Source of the DNA: an uncultured Muribaculaceae bacterium
GTDB lineage: Bacteria > Cyanobacteriota > Vampirovibrionia > Gastranaerophilales > Gastranaerophilaceae
Direction: 5' to 3'
Assembly: GCA_964542595.1 (NCBI GenBank)
Contig: CAZIVG010000001.1
Location: 1-24,168 of the forward strand
DNA length: 24,168 nt
Below the pieces are notes generated by a model. It had not been told where the DNA came from and searched no databases. It saw only the letters and a program-made list of their open reading frames with translations. Below are positions 16,261-24,168 of the stretch, in pieces. Position 1 is the first letter of the stretch; each line of letters opens with the position of its first letter. Both the position numbers and the translations under genes were made by a program.

Positions 16261-17246
16261 TACAACAAATCGTTATCCGTGATTATTCGAAAAACGTGTT
16301 CGGGCTTTATCGCAGTCATACAAGGTTCAACCGGAGACGAACCGTCTTTTAAAAACTTGCATTTTCTTTTGTCACAGGGAATACAAGGCAAGTCCGCACA
16401 AACAGCAAAATGGTTCATGCCCCAAGGCCCGGTTCTTCCGACAGACGCTGCTCCGTAAAGCCCTATGCAGTATGGCTTTTCAAAAGCAGAGGCAATATGA
16501 AGCGGTCCCGTATCACCGGAGACAACCACATCCGCGAGCGAAAACACCGCTGCTGACTCCAAAATATTAAACTGCCCCGCTACCACGTGAATGTTGGGGT
16601 GCAAACCTTTATATTCCTCAACTGCCTCGATGTCGTCCTTTGAACCTGTCACAATGACATTGCAGTCATAAGTTTCAATAAGAGAAAGGGCAAGTGCTTT
16701 AAACGATTCAAACGGCCACTTGCGACCCTGCCTCGTAACGCTGGTCTGTGTGTTCAAAACAACAATCTTTTTGTCGGAAGGGATAGAACTTTTAACCTTT
16801 TCAACAACTGATTCAGGCATTTGAAGCGTCAAATCATTGATATTTTGAAGGCTCTTAATTTTCTTTTTTGCTGTATCAAAAAAGTTCTCAACTGCATGCA
16901 TTTTAAAAGCTTTTTTATAAATCACCTTGTCTTTAGCGTTCAACAACGTGCTTAAATATTTAAAACGAAGAGATGGCTGCAGATTTATCACAAGGTCGTA
17001 TTTCTCTTTTCGCAATTCAAGACCCAGTCTCGTTAAAGATTTATAATCCTTACCCTCAAGGATAATAACCCTATTAAGCCTGGAATCGTGCAGCAAAAGT
17101 TGTGCAGGAACTTTTGAAGTCACATAATCAATCAAAACATCAGGGTTAAAGTTTTTCAGGCTTCTAAAAATGTTCGATGTATGAACCACGTCACCAATAG
17201 CACCTTCTCTGATTATAAGAACTTTTTTATATTTCTTTTCATCCAT
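16260..17246 (-). CDS. Glycosyltransferase family 9 (LPS heptosyltransferase-like)
   Basis: LIIREGAIGDVVH, YDLVINLQ, RKWP, VVSGDTGPLHIASA, GLYG. Confidence 0.9.
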   Translation of the reverse strand: MDEKKYKKVLIIREGAIGDVVHTSNIFRSLKNFNPDVLIDYVTSKVPAQLLLHDSRLNRVIILEGKDYKSLTRLGLELRKEKYDLVINLQPSLRFKYLSTLLNAKDKVIYKKAFKMHAVENFFDTAKKKIKSLQNINDLTLQMPESVVEKVKSSIPSDKKIVVLNTQTSVTRQGRKWPFESFKALALSLIETYDCNVIVTGSKDDIEAVEEYKGLHPNIHVVAGQFNILESAAVFSLADVVVSGDTGPLHIASAFEKPYCIGLYGAASVGRTGPWGMNHFAVCADLPCIPCDKRKCKFLKDGSSPVEPCMTAIKPEHVFRIITDNDLL

Positions 17247-17261
17247 GCCCGCACCTAGCCT

Positions 17262-17756
17262 TTATAAAACAAATTCGTAAATATAATCGTCCATCACATA
17301 ACCATTTCCAATATCTGATTCGTCCTCGCCAATTCTTTCGAAACCGAGTTTTTCATATACAAAGATTGAGAGCATGTTATATTTGTTTACTGTAAGCCTG
17401 ATCGACCCCAACTCCAAATCTTTTGCCCGTTCGACAATAGCAAGGAAAGCTTTTCTTGCGTAACCTTTTCCTCTGAAATCTTTTTTTATGTAGATTTTCG
17501 AAAGAAAAAGATGCCCTGCCTTAGGCTGAAGAGCAAAATAGCCAAAGTTCTCGCCGTCTTCTTCAAGGAAATAATATTCAACTTTTTGGAAGTTGATCTG
17601 CCCTTTCACCGCATCAAAAGACTGAAACTTTTCGAGCATGTATTCAATCTGCTCCTTCGAAATGAAGCAGATTGAATACTCGTTCCAAATTTCTTTAGCG
17701 AGCGCACAAAGCTCTTCTATTTGTTCGTCAGTTTCAACTTTGACCCAATCAAACAT
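17262..17756 (-). CDS. GNAT N-acetyltransferase (PaiA-like)
   Basis: Acetyl-CoA loop LSKIYIKKDFRGKGYA, LTVNKYN, YEKLGF. Confidence 0.9.
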   Translation of the reverse strand: MFDWVKVETDEQIEELCALAKEIWNEYSICFISKEQIEYMLEKFQSFDAVKGQINFQKVEYYFLEEDGENFGYFALQPKAGHLFLSKIYIKKDFRGKGYARKAFLAIVERAKDLELGSIRLTVNKYNMLSIFVYEKLGFERIGEDESDIGNGYVMDDYIYEFVL

Positions 17757-17767
17757 TATTTTTCACA

Positions 17768-17842
17768 CAGTCAACTGACCCCGTTTACCTCAAGCACACC
17801 AAGTCCGCGGGATCACTTCCGAAGCCCGGTGCCTGCCTTGTC
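17768..17842 (-). other. Unidentified GC-rich structured intergenic element (candidate cis-regulatory RNA or ribozyme)
   Basis: 45 of 75 nt are G/C; long imperfect hairpin 17840-17825 with 17803-17791, plus an 8-bp loop-to-3' pairing 17815-17808 with 17783-17776. Confidence 0.45.
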
Positions 17843-18871
17843 TTATCTGCTTTCAGCCAATTTTTCTCTGACCTTAGCCTCGACCTCGGCAAGGATTTCA
17901 GGGTGAGCCTCGAAATATTCTTTCGCTTTCTCACGTCCTTGACCAAGCTTTTCTTCGTTGTAGCTGAACCATGCGCCTGCTTTTTTCACGATTTCAAAAC
18001 TTACCGCAACGTCAAGAATGCAGCCGAGTTTGCAGATTCCTTGACCGAAAATTATGTCAAATTCACAGTTTTTGAAAGGAGGTGCTACTTTGTTTTTAAC
18101 AACTTTAACGCGCACTCTGTTTCCGATGTCTTTATCGTCTTTTTTGATACTGTCGCAACGTCTGATGTCCAAACGAACGCTTGAATAGTATTTCAAAGCA
18201 TTCCCACCTGTCGTTGTTTCAGGGTTTCCGTACATAACACCGATTTTCTGACGCAGTTGGTTGATAAAAATCACGGTAGTGTTAGTTTTTCCGACAATGC
18301 CTGTCAATTTTCTAAGCGCTTTACTCATCAAACGAGCCTGCAGGCCCATTTGCTGGTCTTCCATCGTGCCTTCAATCTCTGCTTTCGGCACAAGAGCCGC
18401 AACCGAGTCAACGACAACAATGTCAACCGCTGACGAACGAACGAGTTCTTCTGCGATTTCCAAAGCTTGTTCACCCGTATCAGGCTGAGAGATTAACAAT
18501 TCATCAACGTTTACACCAAGATTTCTGGCATACTCAGGGTCAAGCGCGTGTTCAGCGTCAACAAAAGCTGCTATTCCGCCTTTTTTCTGGCACTCGGCAA
18601 CAATGTGCTGCGCCAGAGTTGTTTTCCCTGATGCCTCAGGACCGTAAACCTCAATTACTCTGCCTCGTGGCACTCCGCCGATTCCGAGAGCAATATCGAG
18701 CGCAAGCGCGCCTGTCGGGATTGCCTCACAAGCAACCGCTGTTTTGTCGCCCAATTTCATAATCGAGCCTTTACCGAAATCTTTCTCAATTTTTTCAATC
18801 GCAAGTTTCAGCGCTTTATTCTTTTCTTCAGAAACACCAACGGTTTCAGAGCCTTTTTCTTTTACTGCCAT
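17843..18871 (-). CDS. recA: Recombinase RecA
   Basis: [83 protein letters not shown]. Confidence 0.99.
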   Translation of the reverse strand: MAVKEKGSETVGVSEEKNKALKLAIEKIEKDFGKGSIMKLGDKTAVACEAIPTGALALDIALGIGGVPRGRVIEVYGPEASGKTTLAQHIVAECQKKGGIAAFVDAEHALDPEYARNLGVNVDELLISQPDTGEQALEIAEELVRSSAVDIVVVDSVAALVPKAEIEGTMEDQQMGLQARLMSKALRKLTGIVGKTNTTVIFINQLRQKIGVMYGNPETTTGGNALKYYSSVRLDIRRCDSIKKDDKDIGNRVRVKVVKNKVAPPFKNCEFDIIFGQGICKLGCILDVAVSFEIVKKAGAWFSYNEEKLGQGREKAKEYFEAHPEILAEVEAKVREKLAESR

Positions 18872-18931
18872 GAGCTTCTCCCCTTTTGTATTTATATGAT
18901 TATTTTATATTATTTTCAGCATTTACACAAA

Positions 18932-19753
18932 TTAATTGACGAGTTTAAAAATATCGTTACAAACCCTGAAAACGTCTTTTGCCATTTCGATTGAAAGCAT
19001 GTTCGGACCGTCACAAAAAGCCTTGTCAGGATCAGGATGAACCTCGAAGAACAAAGCCTTCGCACCGGCTGCAGCAGCCGCTTTCGCAAGAGTCGAAACA
19101 AATTTTCTTTCACCTGAAGAGCATTCACCTGCTCCGCCCGGCAATTGAACACTGTGAGTCGCGTCAAACACAACAGGATAGCCCATTTCCTGCATAATCG
19201 GAATGCCTCTCATATCTGTCACAAGGTTGTTATAACCAAAGCTTGTGCCTCTGTCAGTGAGAAGGATTCTGTCGTTTCCTGTTTCTGCCACTTTTTTCGC
19301 AAGCGGTGCCATTTGAGCAGGGGCAAGGAATTGACCTTTTTTGATGTTTACAATTTTGCCTGTTTTTGCCGCCGCAACAAGCAAATCCGTCTGTCTGCAC
19401 AAAAACGCAGGAATCTGCAATATATCTGCAACTTCCGCAACAGGAGCAGCCTGCTCAGGATTGTGGATATCGGTTACAATCGGCAAACCAAATTCTTTTT
19501 TGATTTCCGCAAGCATTTCAAGCCCCTTTTCCATGCCGGGACCGCGGAAAGAATTAATCGAACTTCTGTTTGCCTTATCAAAAGAAGACTTGAAAACATA
19601 GTTCACACCGAGTTCTTCTGTTAGTTTTTTCAAAGCCTCAGCAACCGTAAAAAGCACGTCCCTGCTTTCGATTGCACAAGGACCCGCAAGGATTGTGAGT
19701 TTGTCTGAACCAATTTCAAAATCGTTCAGTTTTATCGGTTTTATCTCTGCCAT
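18932..19753 (-). CDS. kdsA: KDO 8-phosphate synthase, probably the metal-dependent class
   Basis: [60 protein letters not shown]; Cys/His/Glu/Asp metal ligands present. Start set at ATG 19753 after GAGGA. Confidence 0.95.
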   Translation of the reverse strand: MAEIKPIKLNDFEIGSDKLTILAGPCAIESRDVLFTVAEALKKLTEELGVNYVFKSSFDKANRSSINSFRGPGMEKGLEMLAEIKKEFGLPIVTDIHNPEQAAPVAEVADILQIPAFLCRQTDLLVAAAKTGKIVNIKKGQFLAPAQMAPLAKKVAETGNDRILLTDRGTSFGYNNLVTDMRGIPIMQEMGYPVVFDATHSVQLPGGAGECSSGERKFVSTLAKAAAAAGAKALFFEVHPDPDKAFCDGPNMLSIEMAKDVFRVCNDIFKLVN

Positions 19754-19863
19754 AACTTCCTCCATTATATTTTTTGACAATAATCTTTATAGATTGTAAA
19801 ATTTAGTTAAGTAGATTATAGCATTAAAAAATTTGGATTAAAAAGAGTAGGAGCACAATTTAG

Positions 19864-20934
19864 ATGTTAATAGAAGAATTATTGGAAGCTGCGGTATCCA
19901 AAGGAGCGAGTGATATTCACATCTCTGCGAATTTGCCGCCTGTTTTCCGTATTGACGGGAAACTCGTCAGAACAAACCAAGAAGCACTTACTGCTGAAAA
20001 CGTCGAAACGCTTGTGTTTCCTATCTTAAATAACGAACAAAGAAGAAAACTCGAACAAGATTGGGAACTTGACCTTTCTTACGGTATTCACGGGCTAGGC
20101 CGTTTCAGGGTAAACGTTTACAAAAATAACGGCACTTACGCTGCTGCGTTCAGAACGATTAACACTGAAGTTCCCACATTTGAAAGCCTCGGCCTTCCTC
20201 CGATTGTAAGAAAAATCACTGAAAAACCAAGAGGACTAATCCTTGTGACAGGACCGACCGGTTCAGGTAAATCTACAACTCTCGCATCGATGATTGATTA
20301 CATAAACGAAAATCGCAATGAACACATTTTGACAATTGAAGACCCTGTGGAATTTGTCCACAAGTCTAAGAAAAGTGTCGTTCACCAAAGAGAATTGGGA
20401 CAAGACACAAGATCTTTTGCAAACGCCCTTAAATCAGCACTCCGTGAAGATCCGGACATCATCCTCGTAGGTGAGATGCGTGACCTTGAAACAATCTCTC
20501 TCGCCATCACAGCAGCAGAAACAGGTCACTTGGTAATGGGAACACTCCACACATCCAGTGCCAGCCAAACGATTGACCGTATCATCGACGTATTTCCACA
20601 AGGACAGCAGCAGCAGATTCGTATCATGTTGTCAAACTCTTTGACAGCGGTATTTTCACAAACATTGCTCCCTAAAATCAATGAAAACGGTGAAAGAAAA
20701 GGCCGTGTTATGGCGCAAGAAATCATGGTCGTGAACGGTGCGATTGCGAACCTTATTCGTGAAGGAAAAACTTCTCAAATGTATTCTGCAATTCAAACAG
20801 GCGCGCAACAAGGCATGATGACACTTGAAACTGCACTGGCAAACCTTTACAAACAGAAACTCGTTTCAGCAGAAGACGCTCTTGGAAAAAGCAGCCGTCC
20901 TGATGAATTGAAAAGATTAATCGGTATGGGCTAA
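19864..20934 (+). CDS. pilT: Type IV pilus retraction ATPase
   Basis: ASDIHI, GPTGSGKSTTLA, TIEDPVE, ALREDPDIILVGEMRD, TGHLVMGTLHT, AIANLIRE, GM.TLE. Confidence 0.95.
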   Translation: MLIEELLEAAVSKGASDIHISANLPPVFRIDGKLVRTNQEALTAENVETLVFPILNNEQRRKLEQDWELDLSYGIHGLGRFRVNVYKNNGTYAAAFRTINTEVPTFESLGLPPIVRKITEKPRGLILVTGPTGSGKSTTLASMIDYINENRNEHILTIEDPVEFVHKSKKSVVHQRELGQDTRSFANALKSALREDPDIILVGEMRDLETISLAITAAETGHLVMGTLHTSSASQTIDRIIDVFPQGQQQQIRIMLSNSLTAVFSQTLLPKINENGERKGRVMAQEIMVVNGAIANLIREGKTSQMYSAIQTGAQQGMMTLETALANLYKQKLVSAEDALGKSSRPDELKRLIGMG

Positions 20935-21734
20935 GGCTTTTTGCCTTTTTTCATCATAATATTCTTTTTGATATAATCCTGCACGCCCGAAGGTATTTGA
21001 ATATTTTGAATCCCGAGATTATATTTCTTAATTTCGGCCAGCGTTTCCTGTTCGTCCATAAGGTCTTTTTGCGGCATTTTGATTGAGTTTTTGACATTCT
21101 CAAATTCATTAGACCTCGGGGCGCCAGAAATCTTCATAATAACGTCATCAATGTTATCTGAATGCATTGAATACTTCTGTGCCAACTCGGTTACACTTGC
21201 GCCATAAGGCAGCTTGTAAAGCCACTGAATGGAATTCACATCTCTAGGAGAAAGGCTCACCACCCCATAACGATGCGGCGTGTACATAATGTCGCTTTGA
21301 TAAGAACTGTGCCCCAGGCCAAGAGCATGCCCGATTTCGTGCAAAATTGTGTGATAAACCTCATTTTCATCCTGATACTGCTGGTGCAAAACCCCGTCAG
21401 AAAGTCCGATTTGAATCTCTGCAGAATAAAGCCTGCCGCTGTTGTCAAAATGAAAATAACAATGGCCGAGCGCTTTTCTATCCACTCTTTTCCAGTCCAA
21501 ATTAATCTGTGATTCATTCAGACTATGGACTATTTTGAATTTGACCTTGCCTCCGCTTGCCCTTTCCCATTGTTCAAGCGCCCTTTGCACCAGAGCCTGA
21601 TACTTGTAGCTTTCGTTTTGCAGGGAATAAAACTTAAACGGAGCGACATAAAGCCTGAGCGGAAAACAATTCTCCGGCCATCTGATGAGTCGGTTGTCTT
21701 TTAAATTATCCTGTAAATAAGTAAGCTTTTCCAT
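20931..21734 (-). CDS. Matrixin-like (metzincin) zinc metalloprotease
   Basis: HEIGHALGLGH (HEXXHXXGXXH) followed by the Met-turn SDIMY. Confidence 0.85.
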   Translation of the reverse strand: MEKLTYLQDNLKDNRLIRWPENCFPLRLYVAPFKFYSLQNESYKYQALVQRALEQWERASGGKVKFKIVHSLNESQINLDWKRVDRKALGHCYFHFDNSGRLYSAEIQIGLSDGVLHQQYQDENEVYHTILHEIGHALGLGHSSYQSDIMYTPHRYGVVSLSPRDVNSIQWLYKLPYGASVTELAQKYSMHSDNIDDVIMKISGAPRSNEFENVKNSIKMPQKDLMDEQETLAEIKKYNLGIQNIQIPSGVQDYIKKNIMMKKGKKP

Positions 21735-21745
21735 ACTTGAATATT

Positions 21746-23116
21746 TTATATTTTTTTCGTTACCAAAGCAAAAATGTCATTAAAAACAATTAAAAGCATA
21801 AGAATTATCAAAAGCATGAAGAAGAAATTGCTGATTTTCGCAATAATCTCCTCATCAAGCGGCTTGCCTTTGATTTTCTCCACCAACAAGAATAATAAAT
21901 GCCCGCCGTCGAGTGCAGGAATAGGTAAAAGGTTCATAATCGCGAGGTTTATGCTGATAATCGCGGTCAACAAAATTCCGTTAAAAATTCCACTGCTTTG
22001 AATCATATCCCCGCCCACTTTTGTGATTGCAACAATTCCATGAAGTTCTTTTACGGGAACCTGACCTGTGAAAAGTTTTTCCAACCCTAAAAGTGTCAAA
22101 TCCGTAATCCTCCACGTATAGGCCAAAGAAGCCGTCACGACTTGTTTCGGAGTTTTTGCGGGCATCAAAACTTCTTCAAGATTTTGTTGAATCCCGATTA
22201 TCCCTTTTTCGTCAGAATAAATCGGCTTCAATTCAACCTCTTTGACGTCTCTTAAAACAGTAAAAAACATAGGTTTTTTAGTATCAGAAATGGCTTTCGC
22301 AACATCTGACAAAGACACTGAACCATCAGCAACAAAGGACTTTTCACCCTGGATTTTGCCTCGCAAAGAAGTCTGTTCTTTTGTTAATTTTATGGCCTCG
22401 GGCTTGATTTTTTCCATGCCCATAAGCGCAGCTTTCGAAAGCATAACTTCTTTTTCGTCTTTTAAAGGAACAAGATTGATTTTTGTTCCCTTTTCAATCG
22501 CCTTGTCAAAATCTTTTATTGAAGGGTTTTTCCCCGAAAGTTGTTTGAGCGTTTCTTGATAAACCTCTTTTGTAATTTGGCCGTCATGAAGCATGCTCAA
22601 GCGCGCAAACTTGTTAACCTGCATCGGTTGAAAAATCTCTGAACCATTGATTTTATAAATTCTATCCCCTTTTTGAAGTCCCGAAAAATAGACCGAAGCG
22701 CCCTTTGGAGCAGTAATTTTCTCAACATCGATTTTGTATTTTCCTGAAGGAAGTTGATGCCAAACCGTCGCAGTGAACATCACAAGCACGATTGCACAAA
22801 TCACGTTCGCAATAACCCCTGCGGAAACGACAATCGTTCTTTTCCAAATCGGTTTGTTTTTGAACAAATCCTCAGGATTCTTTTCTTCTTTAGATTCAAG
22901 ATCATCATCAGGGAAAGAAACATACCCGCCCAACAAAAGCGCGTGGACAAGGATTTCTGTATCGCCGATTTTTCCCTTAAACAAGGTAGGCCCAAAAGGC
23001 AAGCCAAAACCGAATTTCTCGACTTTTATCCCGAGCGCTCTTGCTGACAAGAAATGTCCCAATTCATGGACCAAAATCAACAAGCTGATTAACAAAAGCA
23101 TTATAATTACGTTCAT
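21746..23116 (-). CDS. rseP: Site-2 intramembrane zinc protease RseP/RasP (M50) with PDZ domain
   Basis: HELGH, GFGLPFGP, LGGYV, AGVIAN, GLQKGDRIYKING, NLLPIPALDGG. Confidence 0.93.
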   Translation of the reverse strand: MNVIIMLLLISLLILVHELGHFLSARALGIKVEKFGFGLPFGPTLFKGKIGDTEILVHALLLGGYVSFPDDDLESKEEKNPEDLFKNKPIWKRTIVVSAGVIANVICAIVLVMFTATVWHQLPSGKYKIDVEKITAPKGASVYFSGLQKGDRIYKINGSEIFQPMQVNKFARLSMLHDGQITKEVYQETLKQLSGKNPSIKDFDKAIEKGTKINLVPLKDEKEVMLSKAALMGMEKIKPEAIKLTKEQTSLRGKIQGEKSFVADGSVSLSDVAKAISDTKKPMFFTVLRDVKEVELKPIYSDEKGIIGIQQNLEEVLMPAKTPKQVVTASLAYTWRITDLTLLGLEKLFTGQVPVKELHGIVAITKVGGDMIQSSGIFNGILLTAIISINLAIMNLLPIPALDGGHLLFLLVEKIKGKPLDEEIIAKISNFFFMLLIILMLLIVFNDIFALVTKKI

Positions 23117-23134
23117 CGGATTCTCTCTTTAATG

Positions 23135-23163
23135 TGTGTACATTTATTTTATCATATTATAAT
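23135..23163. promoter_or_regulatory. Candidate bidirectional promoter for rseP and comF
   Basis: Palindrome ATTATAAT (23156-23163) gives TATAAT on both strands; TGTGTA (23135-23140) lies 17 bp before the plus-strand -10. Confidence 0.4.
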
Positions 23164-23169
23164 TATTAT

Positions 23170-23829
23170 ATGATTAAATTTCTTGCACAATTACTCGACT
23201 TGATATATAAAAAACGCTGTTATTTCTGTTCAAAATCTCAAGAAAACAGCAAAATGTGTTCGAGTTGCTATGAGAAAGTCAATTTTCTCCCCTGTAAAAT
23301 CCTCAAAAAAATTGAAAAATCGCCTGTTTACAGTGCAACGATTTATGAAAAAGAAATCAAAAAAATGATTCGCGCTATAAAATATCACAACCAAAAAGAA
23401 CTTGCATATTTTCAGGCGAAATTAATGTATGATTACTGGATGCGCCTTGAAGTCTCGAAGGAAAATTATTCTATCGTGCCGGTTCCTTTGTTCAAAAAAA
23501 GGCAGAAAAAAAGAAAATACAACCACATGTCACTGGTAGCGGCAGAATTCTCAAGGCTCTGCGGATACGAAGTTAAAGATGATTTAATCCGCCGAATCAA
23601 AGACACGAAACCGCAATACAAACTCTCGATAAAAGAACGAGAAGAGAATTTGCACAACGCATTTGAGGTTGACACAAAAAATTACAACGGAGAAAAACTC
23701 CTCATCATCGACGACATTTTAACCACAGGCAGCACGATTTGCGAGATGATAAAAACTCTGAAAAACAGCGAAATCACAGAGGTTTGTGTTTTTGTGACAA
23801 GCTGCACAGACTTTAATCTTTATCACTAA
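23170..23829 (+). CDS. comF: ComF family competence protein (double zinc ribbon plus PRTase-like domain)
   Basis: CYFC...CSSC, IKYHNQKELA, VPVP....KKRKYNH, REENLHNAF, LLIIDDILTTGSTI. Start set at ATG 23170. Confidence 0.88.
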   Translation: MIKFLAQLLDLIYKKRCYFCSKSQENSKMCSSCYEKVNFLPCKILKKIEKSPVYSATIYEKEIKKMIRAIKYHNQKELAYFQAKLMYDYWMRLEVSKENYSIVPVPLFKKRQKKRKYNHMSLVAAEFSRLCGYEVKDDLIRRIKDTKPQYKLSIKEREENLHNAFEVDTKNYNGEKLLIIDDILTTGSTICEMIKTLKNSEITEVCVFVTSCTDFNLYH

Positions 23830-23832
23830 AAA

Positions 23833-24168
23833 TTAATCAACCCTCTCAACAACAATCCCGACCCACTGGTCCTGGTTCATTATTTCAAGGACTTTGAGAT
23901 TGTGTTTTTCAACCGCATCCAAAACAATCTGTTTTTTCTCGTTTAAAATGCCGCTCAAAACCATTTTCGCAGAAGGTTTCATAATTTCTTTCAAATCGCC
24001 CATAATCTCAGCAAGCACGTTATGCAGAATATTTGCACAAACAAAATCAAACTGTTCGCTCAACATATCAACGGTTGCGTGAGAAAAATCTATTTTGTTG
24101 AAAACGCCGTTCACCTGCGCATTGTCTTTTGCAACATCAATAACAAGAGGGTCATTGTCAATCGCAAC
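23833..24168 (-). CDS. prmA: Ribosomal protein L11 methyltransferase, C-terminal part (runs off the right edge)
   Basis: The frame continues to the edge: VAIDNDPLVIDVAKDNAQVN...FDFVCANIL...LSGIL...DQW. Confidence 0.88.
   Translation of the reverse strand, partial: VAIDNDPLVIDVAKDNAQVNGVFNKIDFSHATVDMLSEQFDFVCANILHNVLAEIMGDLKEIMKPSAKMVLSGILNEKKQIVLDAVEKHNLKVLEIMNQDQWVGIVVERVD

Noticed and set aside
17775-17800. GUAAACGGGGUCAG resembles the 5' strand of the SRP RNA helix; the element was also tested as an HDV-like ribozyme
   Set aside because: The SRP core GGAAGGAAGCAG is absent. For HDV there is too little room for P3/L3 and no catalytic C in the J4/2-equivalent linker.
18872-18931. Canonical LexA box upstream of recA
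   Set aside because: None of the E. coli, Gram-positive or cyanobacterial consensus boxes is present.
20740-20765. PilT motif reads AIANLIRE rather than AIRNLIRE
   Set aside because: This position varies among PilT orthologues and all ATPase motifs are intact.
1-24168. CRISPR arrays, transposases, rRNA, prophage genes
   Set aside because: No regularly spaced repeats, terminal inverted repeats or recognisable motifs seen; nearly all sequence is accounted for by the listed genes.

Overview
A gene-dense, low-GC bacterial chromosome segment, mostly core genes. The cyanobacteria-like class V aminotransferase, RseP and PilT, together with kdsA and a GT9 LPS glycosyltransferase, suggest a non-photosynthetic cyanobacterial relative (Vampirovibrionia/Melainabacteria, e.g. 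Gastranaerophilales); this is inference only. Left to right: mutS 5' part (-), tRNA-Glu(UUC), class V aminotransferase, small HAD phosphatase with a divergent XRE gene, aroC-aroK-aroB (-), a stand-alone rplJ-rplL operon with L10 leader and probable attenuator, STAS-STAS-(Cache/HAMP/PP2C/anti-sigma kinase) partner-switching module, GT4 with a divergent XRE gene, a minus-strand run kdsA-recA-[GC-rich element]-GNAT-GT9-addB-like-addA-like, pilT, rseP-matrixin (-), comF and prmA 3' part (-). No CRISPR array, transposase, integrase or rRNA was seen. Best leads: (1) an unidentified 75-nt, 60% GC, pseudoknot-capable element between recA and a GNAT gene; (2) an AddAB-like pair whose helicase has no nuclease domain and whose partner seems to lack the N-terminal Chi-scanning region; (3) a sigma-less partner-switch with phosphatase and kinase fused in one membrane sensor. 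All calls come from reading motifs by eye; no searches were run.
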